From NCBI GenBank assembly GCA_021432655.1, contig MU271275.1, positions 1-64,000 on the forward strand: DNA of 64,000 nucleotides. The letters are read 5' to 3'. Positions 1 through 12,026 of the stretch are shown piece by piece; the first letter of the stretch is position 1, and every line of letters begins with the position of its first letter. Position numbers and translations under genes: made by a program. The notes under the pieces were generated by a model. The model searched no databases, was not told the origin of the DNA, and was given only the letters and a program-made list of their open reading frames with translations. The stretch comes from Atractiella rhizophila. Lineage: Eukaryota.

Positions 1-395
1 GCTCGCCCTCCTCCTCCGGCGGCGTCTCCTCGCCGCGCTCGGACTTCTTCCCGCCCCCCACCGTGGGCCTGAACACGACCGAGAGCGAGCTGCTCTCCTT
101 CCTCCAGTCCGCCCTGCCCTCCGTCGTCACCGTCGGGAACCAGCCGCTGGTGTCCATCGTCCGCGCGCTCGTGAAGAGGTGTGGATGGTCCGCGGGAGGG
201 TTGGTGGAGGTCGCGGAGGATGAGAGGGCGTTGAAGGAGCTGTGGGAGAGGACGGTGGAGAGGTTGTGGCCAGGGGAGGAGGGGAGGAGGGGAGGCTTTA
301 ATCCGATGCAGATCACGATGGTTAATAGGGCGTTGAGGAGGAGGAGGGAGGAGAGGAAGGCGAGAGAGATGGAGGGTAGGATCGCTATTGATTGA
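1..395 (+). CDS. 3' end of a hypothetical protein (5' truncated by window edge)
   Basis: The frame is open from position 3 to TGA at 393-395. It is GC-rich with coding-like codon usage, followed by an abrupt drop to AT-rich 3'UTR-like sequence. Confidence 0.6.
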   Translation, partial: SPSSSGGVSSPRSDFFPPPTVGLNTTESELLSFLQSALPSVVTVGNQPLVSIVRALVKRCGWSAGGLVEVAEDERALKELWERTVERLWPGEEGRRGGFNPMQITMVNRALRRRREERKAREMEGRIAID

Positions 396-1038
396 TCGGA
401 TTTACTATATGCTTTATGGGGAAGGTGAAGATGGGTAGGACGAGGTTATTTAGGATTGTGAGCTATGTATTCTTTGGCAAATGATACTTAACGGAGTGAG
501 TTGGTGTGATGTGATTGACAGCAATATTCACACTAATCTGTATGTGTTCTCAAATCCTCTTGCAATCGATTATCTTGCAGGATCATCACAATCCTCCTGG
601 CTTCGTCACAGCATCATAAGTTTCTCAGACCTCCAAAGCGGCCAGGAAGAGGACGGAAAATGGGCTCCCCCGATGTTGATTCTTTATGACCAAGCTATTG
701 CTCCCTTAAAACATGCAAGCGTTATCCTGTGAAGTCTACCATAAGCAGTGAAGACATCTACACGTCTGGTCCAAACTGCAATCCCTTGTCTTTGTCGTGC
801 AGAGGCTCTGTATCCCTTTGCATGAATATGCATGAACAGGGCTGCTGCATCAGCGGCGAGTCATCCATTGCGGGAGAGATACGTTATAGAACAAATTGGC
901 ATTTCTTGATTAGTATAACCAAAGGGTATGAATCTCTCAGCAGACCGTGACGCTCACCAGTTGACTGCTCAGAGTAAATGCAACCGAAATTCAATGCGAT
1001 GAGAAAGGATAAAAACAAAGTGTAATGAATATGTACAT

Positions 1039-1632
1039 TTACACATCTCGAGGGCGGATTGTAAGATTCTTCATCGCGCTGCTGAGAATAATGTGCTCGA
1101 TAGGTGTGCCTGGAGGGGCGTCGCGAGATTCTGGAACAGGCTCTGTCGGCACGAGTGAGGAAGGATGAGAGCCGTGGTGCGAGCCCAAGTGAGAATGATG
1201 GCTTGGGCTTGAAAGACCCCTGTCGCTTCCCCCCGTTTGCACGGCTGCTTCTTGATCCGCGCCGACAGAATCGCCAATTGCTCGTTGAATAACTAGCTTT
1301 AATTGCTGTTCCAGATTTTCCATTCGTCCGTTGAGTTGGAAGTTGTTCTCTTTCAGTGTATCAACTTCCACCCTGAGCTTGTCCCCTTCGGCCCGCAGCT
1401 TGTCGCCTTCAGCTCTGAGTGCGACGACTTCATTCTCCAGAACGTTCACTCTTTCCTTAAGAAAAGAGTTCTCTCTCCGAACGGGGTCGTCTTCGGATGG
1501 TAATGTTTGCAGTTGATCCACAGAAGATGGTGACCCCGACATTACGGTGAGCAAGGAGGAATGGAGATCTACACCGAGTGTAGTGTAGGAAACGGAGCTC
1601 GAGGTACTCGATGGGAGGCTGTTGCAGCGCAA
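1039..1632 (-). CDS. Hypothetical coiled-coil protein (ATG start possibly at 1542)
   Basis: 197-aa ORF with a heptad region (LKERVNVLENEVVALRAEGDKLRAEGDKLRVEVDTLKENN) containing a 21-bp internal duplication. The 5' end is unresolved. Confidence 0.45.
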   Translation of the reverse strand: MRCNSLPSSTSSSVSYTTLGVDLHSSLLTVMSGSPSSVDQLQTLPSEDDPVRRENSFLKERVNVLENEVVALRAEGDKLRAEGDKLRVEVDTLKENNFQLNGRMENLEQQLKLVIQRAIGDSVGADQEAAVQTGGSDRGLSSPSHHSHLGSHHGSHPSSLVPTEPVPESRDAPPGTPIEHIILSSAMKNLTIRPRDV

Positions 1633-2292
1633 CAGAGGTTTGGGATACTACACGATCCCTAGCGCTAGCTGAACATACATGGTCAGCATGCTTGCTTTTA
1701 CCACTGACAAGGCAGGTGCCACCAACTTCTCCCGTCGTCCATCAAATGTTGAGAACACTTACCCTGTTTCGTCCTCTTTGTCCTCAACCCGCTGCACCTT
1801 CAGCTTCTGGACTGTTTGAAAGCAGCTTGGTTGAATGTGCCTTCGTCACAATAAGTGCTCTGCTGGTGGAACAAGGGAAGAGGCCTGAGGGGCCAGGCAG
1901 CAATTCCCTTCACGTGATCGATCACTCAGTGGTTCTCAGAGAGTGCCATTGTTGTTGGAATGAAAAACTCTGGACATCTTTTTCTAGCTCTTGCGCGAGT
2001 GCTCAACTACTCAAGGGCTCTAGCGCGTTTCTCTTAAAAGAAATGTTACACTGGTTAATTCGCCTTTTCTCAGACCTATGTCTCCATTGCTACTATAGCC
2101 ACGAGGTGACAGCATTAAAGCAGGTTGTTAATTCAGCTACCGTGAGCCTAAGCGTGTTTAATCTCTCTTTGATCTGGTGTTTTCGACTTTCAAAGGTTCG
2201 TTATGTATCTGAATGATTATTCCTGTTGTGTCTAATGACACCTGGAAGTAACTTCTTTTGCAAACAATCGTGAGACATACAGCGAGCTTGTT

Positions 2293-4720
2293 TCAATCGT
2301 GTTTAAGAATGATTGCCTTCACCTTTTCTATCGAGTAAGTCTTGTCGAAAATTACCAAAAGCACAAAAACAAACCTCAGTCCAAACTTCCAAAGCTAAAC
2401 AATTATCAGACGAATAATCAATGAATAAAGAAGATGTGGAACGCACCTTGTGCACTCTTCTCCCTCCCGACGCCGCTTGACTTCCAACCTCCGAACGGCA
2501 TATCCTGTGCACTAAACACAAACGATACGTGAAAAATGAAATCTGAACGAAGCAGGGAAAGGCGAACTGCATCGGGGAATTCGTATTGATGGCTACAGAC
2601 CCAGCTTCCAGAGCCTTCGCAACCCGCATGGCCCGGTCGATCTATTTTTCCTTCACTTTAACGACCGCTCCATCCAACATGGTCCACTTACATCTTTTGT
2701 GAATACGGCTGCATAGAGACCGTCTAGTAAAGTTGTCAGCGAGGCGGGAGAATGGTCTGGTGTGGCTTACATTCAGTATCATTTGCACGTTCGATGACCT
2801 CCTCTTCCGTTTTACTGCATTTGCTTCAGCATCTGAACCTTCAACGAGGCAGCGGAGGACAAACAAGGTATGAAAAACCAGCACCGGTCCGAATATCTGT
2901 TCGTTGCTGTTAGTTTCGGCTCTCAATCCAAAGTGAATTCACTGACTTCCTCTATCGGTCATATCAGCCCACTGAGTCCCAGCTCTTTGGCATTAAATCA
3001 CTCACCTTTATTGATTCTAGAAGTTTCCGGAGCCTCAGTGAAGATTGTAGGCTGGAAGAAATGCCCTTTCAGTCCTTCGACGCGCTCGCCTCCCAAAACA
3101 ACTTTTGCTTCTTTCTTCCTGTTCACACAGTCAGCGCATACAAAGAAGAGAGTTTCCTCTAATGCACACCCAATATCAAGATAAGATGCCACAGTGCGGC
3201 CTTGGATATCGTCTGCCATTGGTCTACATGATTTCGAGTTCAGAACGCGACAGAAATCAAGGATAGAACAGACCCCATCGTTGTCGAGGAGTCCAAAGGA
3301 TCGCCGTGCTTTACGTTGGAAAAGCTTTTCTTGTACTTCTCGAGAAACTTCTCGGCTACTGTTTCTTGAACATACAGGCGCGTCGAGGCCATACAGATCT
3401 GTCCGCTATTACGACACAGACGCCATCAACCGTGCTCAGACAAATTCAAGAGAAGCATACGCGTTGATTTGAAGCGAGAACACGCTGGAAGCGACCGCCT
3501 TTTCCAGGTCCGCATCTTCGAAGACAATAGTAGGAGACTTCCCTCCCTATTTGTTCGATATTTGATCATCGTCAACATGCCAAATCTGGGCAAGAAGAGT
3601 AAAGACGCACAAGTTCCAGCGTAACATTCTTCAGGTTCGAGTCAGCAGCCGCTTTCTGTATCAGCCTCCCTGTCCTTGTGCTGTTGTACCGTCAAATAGT
3701 TATTCAGCTTGGAGTGTTCGTGAAGCGGAAAGGAAGTTTAGACCTTCCGGTGAACGCAATTTTGCGAATCTCCATGTGCTCTGCAAGGATTTTGCCAGTG
3801 TCACCTGACGATCAAGGTTACCAGCCAAACTTATTAGAACCAGCATGACACAAAAGCCAACCTGCTCCTGAGACGACATTGATCAACCCATCAGGGAATC
3901 CAGCTTCTTTCGTAAGGGAAGCCAAGTGGATCGACGTGAGAGGTGCCTAGCCAGGCACGAACGGCATCAGTGTCATCCCAATGGGACCAGAGGATGCATA
4001 CCTTCTCACTGCTCTTGAGAATGATGGCATTGCCGGCGGCGACAGCTGGCGCGATCTTGAGACAAGCCATAATGATGGGTACATTCCAAGGGATGATTCC
4101 AGCAACCACGCCAAAAGGCTGACGGATGCTGAAGTTGAGGTGTCCTGGGGTATTGAGGGATGTTGTTCCTCCGAGTGATTCTCCCAGACCCTTCGCTTCG
4201 TGAGTGGGTAGAAGAGGGAGTTGAGGAAGGAGGCCTTACAGCAAAGTACTCGAAGTGCCTTGCACCAGACTGTACATCATTCCCATATCCAGAAATTGGG
4301 CGACCCATGCTCTGAGCCTCAAGCCAGGCGAGCTTTTCACCTATCGTAGATCCAACTCAGGGCTTGCACTGGAGCGGAAGGAAAAGGCACACCTTCCTTT
4401 CGTAGCAGATCAGCCATCTTCTTCATCACTGCAGATCTGGCTGCAGCAGATAGGGCTGCCCACCCCTTCTGAGCTTTCTTTGCACACGAAACAGCGTAGT
4501 CGATGTCTTCTTGATTTGCAGACGGAAGTTTGCATACCAAGGTTTCAGTCGCTGCCACCCAATCACAATTAGTCGAAGCTATGAGCTTGAGGAGAGAGAG
4601 GCAAGTTCACTCAGGAGACAGGAGGAATTCACCTGGGTTGTACAGATCAAAAGTCTTTCCTCCCTTTGAATCGACAAACTGGCCGTTGATCCAAAGCCTC
4701 GTTTCAATGTTATGGCTCAT
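2293..4720 (-). CDS. Aldehyde dehydrogenase (ALDH superfamily), ~18 introns
   Basis: Spliced by hand: [15 protein letters not shown]..., IIPWNVP, KSSEK, FTGST, TLELGGKSP, catalytic [25 protein letters not shown], ...KAIILKHD*. All junctions are GT-AG, including a 5-nt exon at 2947-2951. Confidence 0.95.
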
Positions 4721-5734
4721 GTTGAGTATTATCGCTGTTGCTTCACTTATCTGAGGATCTGAAAATGATATGCGGGACAAGATCTGAGAGAAGCGATTCA
4801 GAAGAGAACGCCTTTAAAATCGAGCACTGCTAGCGACTCAGTAAGCGAGAAATGAACTTGTCGGAGCAAGTGTTTTGCCTGGAGGATCGGAGACGAGGAA
4901 AATGTGCAAATGCGGGACAGCAGAATACCTCCGGAAGCAAAAGTGCTTGTTTTGCCGCAGTCCTTTGTTCCAAGTGAGAAAATAACCGATAACATTTCCT
5001 CTGCCATTTAATCTTCAAGTTCTAAACAACTGAGCATCAAGCACCCGACATGTCGACACGCGGTGCCTGGCGCCAGCTTCCCTACGATCTACGACGGCCA
5101 GTGAACCTCCCCCCAAACCGGTTCCAGCGCTCCGTCCAACTTTTCACCTGGGTCACCCTTGCTGGTCCGTCGTCCGCCATTCTCCTTTTTTACGGAGTTA
5201 GCTGATACGCGTTCGAAAGCTACTGGGGCATATTTTGTCTTTTATCATGATTTTGGGCCAATGGAGAACTCTTTCACACCTGTATGCCTTCCTCGTCCTC
5301 CTCGATTCATGATACAGCGAGCGTTAACTGAGGACGAACGAATAGATTCGACAAGCTCTTAAGATAGATAAATACGAACACCCCGTTCCTGCTTCCATGC
5401 CCATGCCGAATTTTACACCTCGATATGAGCCGGTGAAGTCGAGGGATTATCATTCCAAAGAATGGAAAAGGGCAAGGGCAAGGGAAGAGATGGAAAGCAG
5501 AGCGAAGGAGGAAGAGTCTGGAAGTTCATAGCGATAAGTCTAGCCGGTGTGTGCTTAATTTCTCGTGTATATTTGCATTCCGTCATTCCTCTCAAAAATA
5601 CAACTTGATTCCTTTTGCACGAAGTCACAAGAGAGATAATACAGTACCCATACATACACATTCGATATTGTTGAACAGCGCCGCATATATACAGCGTGCA
5701 TTATCCGCTTTACTTAATTCCTTCATCCTGGTAC

Positions 5735-6780
5735 TCATTTGCCAGTTAGCTTTGGACCCAACCACTTGTCGAGTCCTAGACCCCTCAAGATAGAGGTCAA
5801 ACCTGTCGCACCGACTTGACACAATTGCATCAGTTTGCTTTCTGCATCAAAGGGCGGAGAAAGGGAAGGACTTACGGATGCCTCTGAGAAGCCCGTCAAG
5901 ACCCAGACCGCTCAACAAATTGGCGACCAGGTTGAGAACTCCTGAGAGGAGGAGACCGATTCCGCCTACAATTTGAGTGAGAGGTTGTCCGAGGGCATCA
6001 AGGAGTGGTCCCTGGTTCAATACGTGTTGGTCAGCATTTAGTCTGATTGGGAGAAAGAGGCTGATACGCACGAGATCCTTCTTCGCTTTGGGGAAAGAGT
6101 CCAGTTTGCCTTTTGCCCATTCAATGGTGCCTCCGACTTCTTCGATCAACTGTTTTCTTCTTAATACGGAGGAGAGAAGATAGGACGAGAGAACGTACGA
6201 CTTTGAGAGCTTCTGCTAGTCGTTGCTCCTCCGGAGTTGCTGTTCCCCCACCACGCTTCGTTAGTACATATTGACTCTGGTGTACAATAACGGCAAGCGA
6301 ACCGCTATGGTCCTCCTTGTGTCTCTTCGCCGCGTTCGTCAATCGATGATCCGGATCCGCACCCTTGATCGCTCCTTGTGTCTGCTCCAAAATGGACGTC
6401 GCCTGCTCAAGGAGAGGCTTGACGGCTTTCACTAGTTCACCTTCGTCTCTATCTTCTTCCTTCTTCGCTTCCTGGTTCTCGATATGCTACAACCCCAACA
6501 CAGCACGGACCACTTGATCTTAGCTTTGACATCGCAGAAACCAAGAAGGGAAGCGAACCTTTCGGATCATCTTAACGATGGGAACGACCTTCTCGTTCGC
6601 GTCCTCGATGAGGATAGAAAGTCGGACAGCGAGCTCCTTGTCCTGTTTCTCCTGATCTTCCTTGGATTTCGCATCACCGCCACCTTGAGGAGGAGGAATG
6701 GCGACTTCTCCGCCTCCAGCATCGGAAGTGAGATCCGGGACGTTCTTCTGGATTTTGATCTGGTCTCCAAAGTCTGACAT
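5735..6780 (-). CDS. Conserved fungal helical protein resembling the C-terminal (DUF6987-type) domain of fungal 'LEA domain' proteins
   Basis: Spliced: MSDFGDQIK...DKELAVRLSILIEDAN...EGELVKAVKPLLEQA...ATPEEQRLAEALK...PKAKKDLGPLLDALGQPLTQIVGGIGLLLSGVLNLV...GLDKWLGPKLTGK*. Family recognised from memory. Confidence 0.75.
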
Positions 6781-7498
6781 GTCTGTGAATTCTGTTTGGG
6801 AATGTAAGCTTCGATTTGATGATTTGTCTGAACTGGATCGGTGATTGTTTTGTAGCTCTTGTTCTGGTTCTGGATCGGGTGAAACGAAGTGGTCTGCTTC
6901 GAGAGAACTTGTGGAAGGGGAAGAGTTTTGGGATTTGGGAAAGGCACCAGACAGGTGCCTTTTATGCAGTGACGGTCGACTTTGCTCATTTCCCATGAGG
7001 GATTTCGAAGGGATGATGATGTAGCCGCGATGTAAGTTGACAACGTGGCAAGTCGTCAAATGAATTGTGGGAGGCAAAAGACTCGATGGCGAGAAACTTC
7101 AAACGCAGGCTTTGAGAAACGTCATGATTTATGGGATTTCCAACCATTAGACATTTTTACAACTCTACATGTACCACCTTCTTTGGCCCGATCTTGTGGC
7201 AATCTTTGCCCCAGTTTGCCCTCTTCTGAAGATACCAGCCAAAACTAAAAGCGCAATCTACAAGCGGGCGGAAAATGGCGCGTCATGCATTTCGACAGGA
7301 GAAGGTTAATGAATCCACGTCACAACAGAGTTCATTATGAAGACGCGTCTTCATGACCTCACGCTGCCATCACAGCTTCTGTCTCGAGGAAGGGGTACAA
7401 AAGATGTGCCCCTTTCTTTTCCCTTCCTACTAAATCCAAATAATCCTTTACGAACTCCAACAAGTGACGATTTACGAAACCTCTTCCGTCTGTGAACC

Positions 7499-8008
7499 AT
7501 GTCCGAATCTCCCTCCCGCTCAGCTTCCCCAGATCCCCAACCCCAACCTGCCCCAGAATACAACCGTCAACGATCTCGTCCCATCCGCTCGCGCGATCCT
7601 TCCGTCGCCTCGAACGCTTCCGAGGAACCCGAGGCGGGTGGAAGACGCCGAAGGAACAGGAGGAAGCAGCGCGGCGGACCTCTCGGTGGACTCGGTGGAT
7701 TGGGAGACGTCGCTGGAAAAGGCGGCGCGCTTGCACCAGTCACGGATACCGTCGGTGGTGTGACGGATTCCGTGGGTAATTTGACCGGCGGCCTTCTCGG
7801 AGGTGGCCAGGAGGATGATGAGGAGGAGGGCGGAAAGAAGGGTGGAAAGGAACCGCTCAAGTTGAGGTTGGACGTGAATTTGACTGCTGAGATTACCTTG
7901 AAAGCTAAGGTTCGTTTAAATCTACTGTTTTGCTTTTCGTGGGAGGGAGGTTAATCAATTCGCTTGTCATAGATTCACGGGGACCTGACGCTGTCGTTGC
8001 TTTCTTAA
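7499..8008 (+). CDS. Small conserved fungal protein of unknown function with C-terminal LRLDxNL...LKAKIHGDLTLSLL motif
   Basis: Exon 1 from ATG 7499, intron 7910-7972, exon 2 IHGDLTLSLLS* (TAA 8006-8008). N-terminus is low-complexity and Gly-rich. Confidence 0.8.
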
Positions 8009-8451
8009 TTGATGACGATATGGACTTTTCTCAACAATGATTATGGTGCGTTACTCCTATCTTCTCTTGTCTTCGTATCTCTCAACTGATTCTTGCTGGA
8101 ACGCAGGAGGTTTTGTGAATAGCAGGATACCTTCGATACAAAGAGTTTAATCAGTCAAATTGTATTATGACCTTTTGTGAAAGGACTTTCTCTGGCTTCG
8201 CCACTTCCCTGTAAATCTGTGCGGAGCCTTATTACAAGTTTCTGAGCTTCTCATTGGCCCTACACTCTCCTCACTCTGTTGTCTGCTGTTCGAAAGGCAA
8301 TGCACGTGAAACCATTGAACATCCAATTCTTCGCCACCCTCCGTCAACGTAAAATATGGAATGCGGAGGACCAAGTCACAAGTGACCACAGTGCTTTCCT
8401 TTTCTCCAAGGTTTCTTAACTCGAAACCATCAAGAATACCTATTACGCAGG

Positions 8452-10044
8452 ATGGGACAAATTCAAAAGGAAGACTTAGAAGAATGGGAATCTGGTGGAG
8501 AGACGGAAGCATGGGACAGCGAAGGTGAAGAGTGGGAAGCTGTTGCTGGAACAGGTCAAAAAAGAGCTCAAAATAATGCTGAACGAAAGGAGAAGGAGCT
8601 ATCAACTGATAGCAAAGAGAAGGGAAAAGAAAAATCTCAAGACGGACAACTTGAGCCTGACACGAACGGTCCACCAGCGAAGTCAATCATGAGGCAGCCA
8701 ACGCAAGCGAGTCAACTGCTACGGGACTGGGACTGGGAGGTTGACTCAATCGCAACCGAAGCTTCAAAAGCTCCAGAGTTCTCAGCTACATATCCCCCAC
8801 CTCATACCCAGGATTCCTACGAAAATCGAGATAGGAAAGTCACCATAGCGCAAGCTGACAAGTCTTCCGTTCCTTGCGATACCGTGCCAGTGGAAGAACA
8901 AGTATCTATGCCTGCCGGAATTCAACCAGGATTCGGAACCATAAAGGCTTTCTCTCCTACTCCCGAAACAGAAGAGCCTGCAGGATCGAAACCTTCTAAA
9001 ACGTCGAGGAACAGGCACGGTTCGGGTTCGACGAAGAAGGCGTCCAAAGGCATATCCGCTGCATTGGCAAACCCATTTAAAGACTGTATGGAAGAAACAG
9101 GACTAAAGACGAGTGTTGGTAGCGCCAAAGTGCAATTGACGCTGGAGCTAGGCCCAGATATCGTATTTCAGGTGGTATGTCTTCGCCCCTCCCACTCCTC
9201 AACCGTACTGAAGACGTTTTCAGACGGAAGGATGTCCTAAGTGGACGAGGGTGAGATTTTGTCGCCTCCGATATTTACTGATTTTGACCGTCACTTTCTA
9301 GAACGTGATCTACAAGGCTTTTCACAAAAACGCAACGCGGTTCGCCTGGCTTGACGTGCTGGGGGACAAGACGTATGGGTAAGTTCCACAACTTTGCTAA
9401 ATACCTGTTACTCAGTGACGCGTTTAGAGCTTTCAGCTTCAATTCCTACAACCTTGTCCCCTCCGATATGCTCAACTACGACCTTCCGGCTGAAGGGGAC
9501 GTTGTGCTCTATAAGGACAATTACAGCGGCTTCCGCTTTGGCCTCTTCTTTCGTCCTGGCGCGAGGTTCTACACTCCTCGTACGTTTCGTCCCCTCTTTT
9601 AAAGTACAATCAAGATATTGATTCTATGCGCATCACGAAGGCTTGAAAATTGGCCACTTGACTCCAGAGAGCATCGAGACGTTGAGGAACCTCTCAGATT
9701 CTGGGATGTACACCTACAAAATCGAATCCGTTGGCGCAGAACGCACTAAGACACGAGCTTCATCCAAGTCATCTGACCTGTTGCCCACAACTTCGACCGC
9801 CGTTAACAGAGAATGGGCGCGGATAGAGACGGAAGGGACAGCGATTGAGGTGACGCCTCCAATGTCGAGAGGTGCGCAGGCGCTTGATAGCCTGACGGAT
9901 CAACAGTGGAGAACCTTAGAGACCTTCATGCTTCTTACCGCCTCACAGGATGTGGAGCTGGCTGCGAATATGTTGGCTTGCCATGAATGGAACATGGATC
10001 AAGCGGTGGAGGTTTTTTTGGATGTCAATGCTTCCACCCAGTAG
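8452..10044 (+). CDS. Hypothetical multi-exon protein with C-terminal UBA-like domain
   Basis: Consecutive ORFs 8452-9240, 9351-9602 and 9643-10044 can be joined through GT-AG introns. The C-terminus LETFMLLTASQDVELAANMLACHEWNMDQAVEVFLD fits the UBA-like (UBA_4/TAP-C) pattern. Start uncertain. Confidence 0.65.
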
Positions 10045-10199
10045 TCTGTGGTCTCATTTCTTCTCTTTTGAATGGCTTGGAAACTTGAGGCGATTGCTGT
10101 TGTGTTGTTGTGATTGTACTGCCCGGAAGTTTCAGTTTATGGAATTGCCTCATATCTCAGGAATTGCATGATCCCTCAATATTACATTAGTTTTCCTTT

Positions 10200-11821
10200 T
10201 TAGCGTCGCAGCAATCTACTTCCTGTGCTGAATATTCCAGCTCCAAGCATTAAACTGCCAACAAAAATCGTGATGTTTTGAAAACCATGTGCCCCATACG
10301 TATGTTCTTTTGTTGCAGGTTGATAAAGCAAGCTCGCAAGAGGAGGACCGGCTAGCACAGCAATCCCTTTGAGAATGGAGAGGAGGGAAAAGATAGAGTT
10401 GCTGTCGAATCGTCCTGTGCCTCCACGCTCGGAGACAGAGCGAACAATATGTGTACCAGCAGCGGGCCAAAGAGCGGCTGCCCCTCCAACTGATAATCCA
10501 AAACCTGAAGCGAAGACGAGGGTAAGAGCCAGATTTCGAGCAAAACCCCAGACAGTGTATGATAAGATAGACGCAAGTAATGAGCAGGATATCAGCAGTG
10601 TTCTAAAGTCGAATCTGTCTGCGAGATATCCAATGAGAATGTAAGAACCAGCTGAAGCGACATTGTAGGCGCTTAAAACAAGTGTAGATGTTAAGAGCGG
10701 GAATCACAGGGTAGACGCGTAGATAGGAAGGTAAAAAGACACTGGAAATATCGCCATCGAGTGCAGTGTGACTGTGGTTGCCTACAAATTTGCGACATTC
10801 AGCATTCTACAGAGCAGTGGATAAAATAAGAAACACACAACAAGCAAAAACAATGGGTTGCCCCAGAGCTCGACCTGCCTGCCCGTGGCAGTTTTGAATG
10901 TTCCCCAGCTCCAGGTTCGATCCTTCAGTTTCTTCCCACCTTGTCCCATACCACTTTCTCGCAATATGGGGCGAGACGGAGGTGGGATCCTGGGTTTCGC
11001 GTAAGGGAGACTGAGTGCACCTAGGATGAAGTAAACTCCAGCCCAAATACGGAGCGCCCATCCGAATCCTACCCTTTCAAGGAGGAATCCTAAGAAAGGT
11101 GGGATAACGGCTCCTCCCACGCCAGTGGCTGCCATTAGGATGCCCGTAGCCAGGCCACGGCGAGTAGAGAACCACTCTCCAAGATAAAGGAAGACAGGAG
11201 AATGCCTTTTCGCATGCATAAGCCATCGCAACCAAGGGACGTATGAATAACAGACAGCGCGGAAGAAGAGATTCCCCAAAGAACTCCTTGGGACAGGATG
11301 AGCTGCCACACCTTAAATTGGGGTTAAATGTGACGAGGAATGTAGATTAGGAACGGACCCTCCTGCCGAAACTGCTCAAAATGAGACTTCCGGTACTAAT
11401 GACGAGCATCCATTTCATCACAGCCTGAATCCAATAAGGATGTCGCTTGTACCACCACAGCGTGGTGGCCAAGCAGCAGTACTGAAGGCATACGCCGACG
11501 GTCCCTATTGAAGCAATGACAGCAGAGGATGACGAGGCGAAAGGTTCATTCGCTGTCAGGTAAGCTTGAAACGTACCTATTCTTTTGTGTTATAAAGTCC
11601 CAGCCTAACCCACAGTGCTACATACCAAAAGAAGCGCCCCATGCCCATACAAGGAACTGAAGCACGAAGGCAGAGCAAACGAATGCCCATGCCCGAAACC
11701 CGGCGTCGACGGGCGGGAGAGAGCTGATATCTGATGGTCCACCTTCCGGAATATCCATTCCTTGGTTAGATTGCTGTTCCAGCTCAATCTCAAGGTCACC
11801 TTTCCTCGAATCTCTCAACAT
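10200..11821 (-). pseudogene. MFS monocarboxylate-porter-like (MCH/MCT) transporter with one in-frame TGA (10704-10706)
   Basis: Five exons collinear with the paralog at 47023-48702 (LPPVDAGFRAWAFV, EWFSTRRGLA, LAGPPLASLLY). TGA occupies the position of the paralog's GGA. The frame is otherwise intact to TAA at 10200-10202. Confidence 0.75.
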
Positions 11822-12026
11822 GTTTCGCTATCCTCATCTCATCTCCGCCAGCCGCTTTATTGCTCAAGAAGCTTCCCGAGTCAGCTCAATTCATACTTGG
11901 GACGTAACCGAGGCTAGGACGCATAGATTAATAACATGTTGCAAGCAGCTGTCGACAGCAGACATAGGGGAGTAACAGTAACTTAATGTCAGAAATTACG
12001 ACGTACAAGTCAGAAATACCGCATCT

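Noticed and set aside
1611..2216. 201-aa plus-strand ORF and similar short intergenic ORFs (e.g. 59450-60300)
   Set aside because: No family motifs, coding-like composition or consistent splice structure.
5735..8008. HET-s-type amyloid signalling pair
   Set aside because: The two proteins share no common motif and no NLR gene is adjacent.
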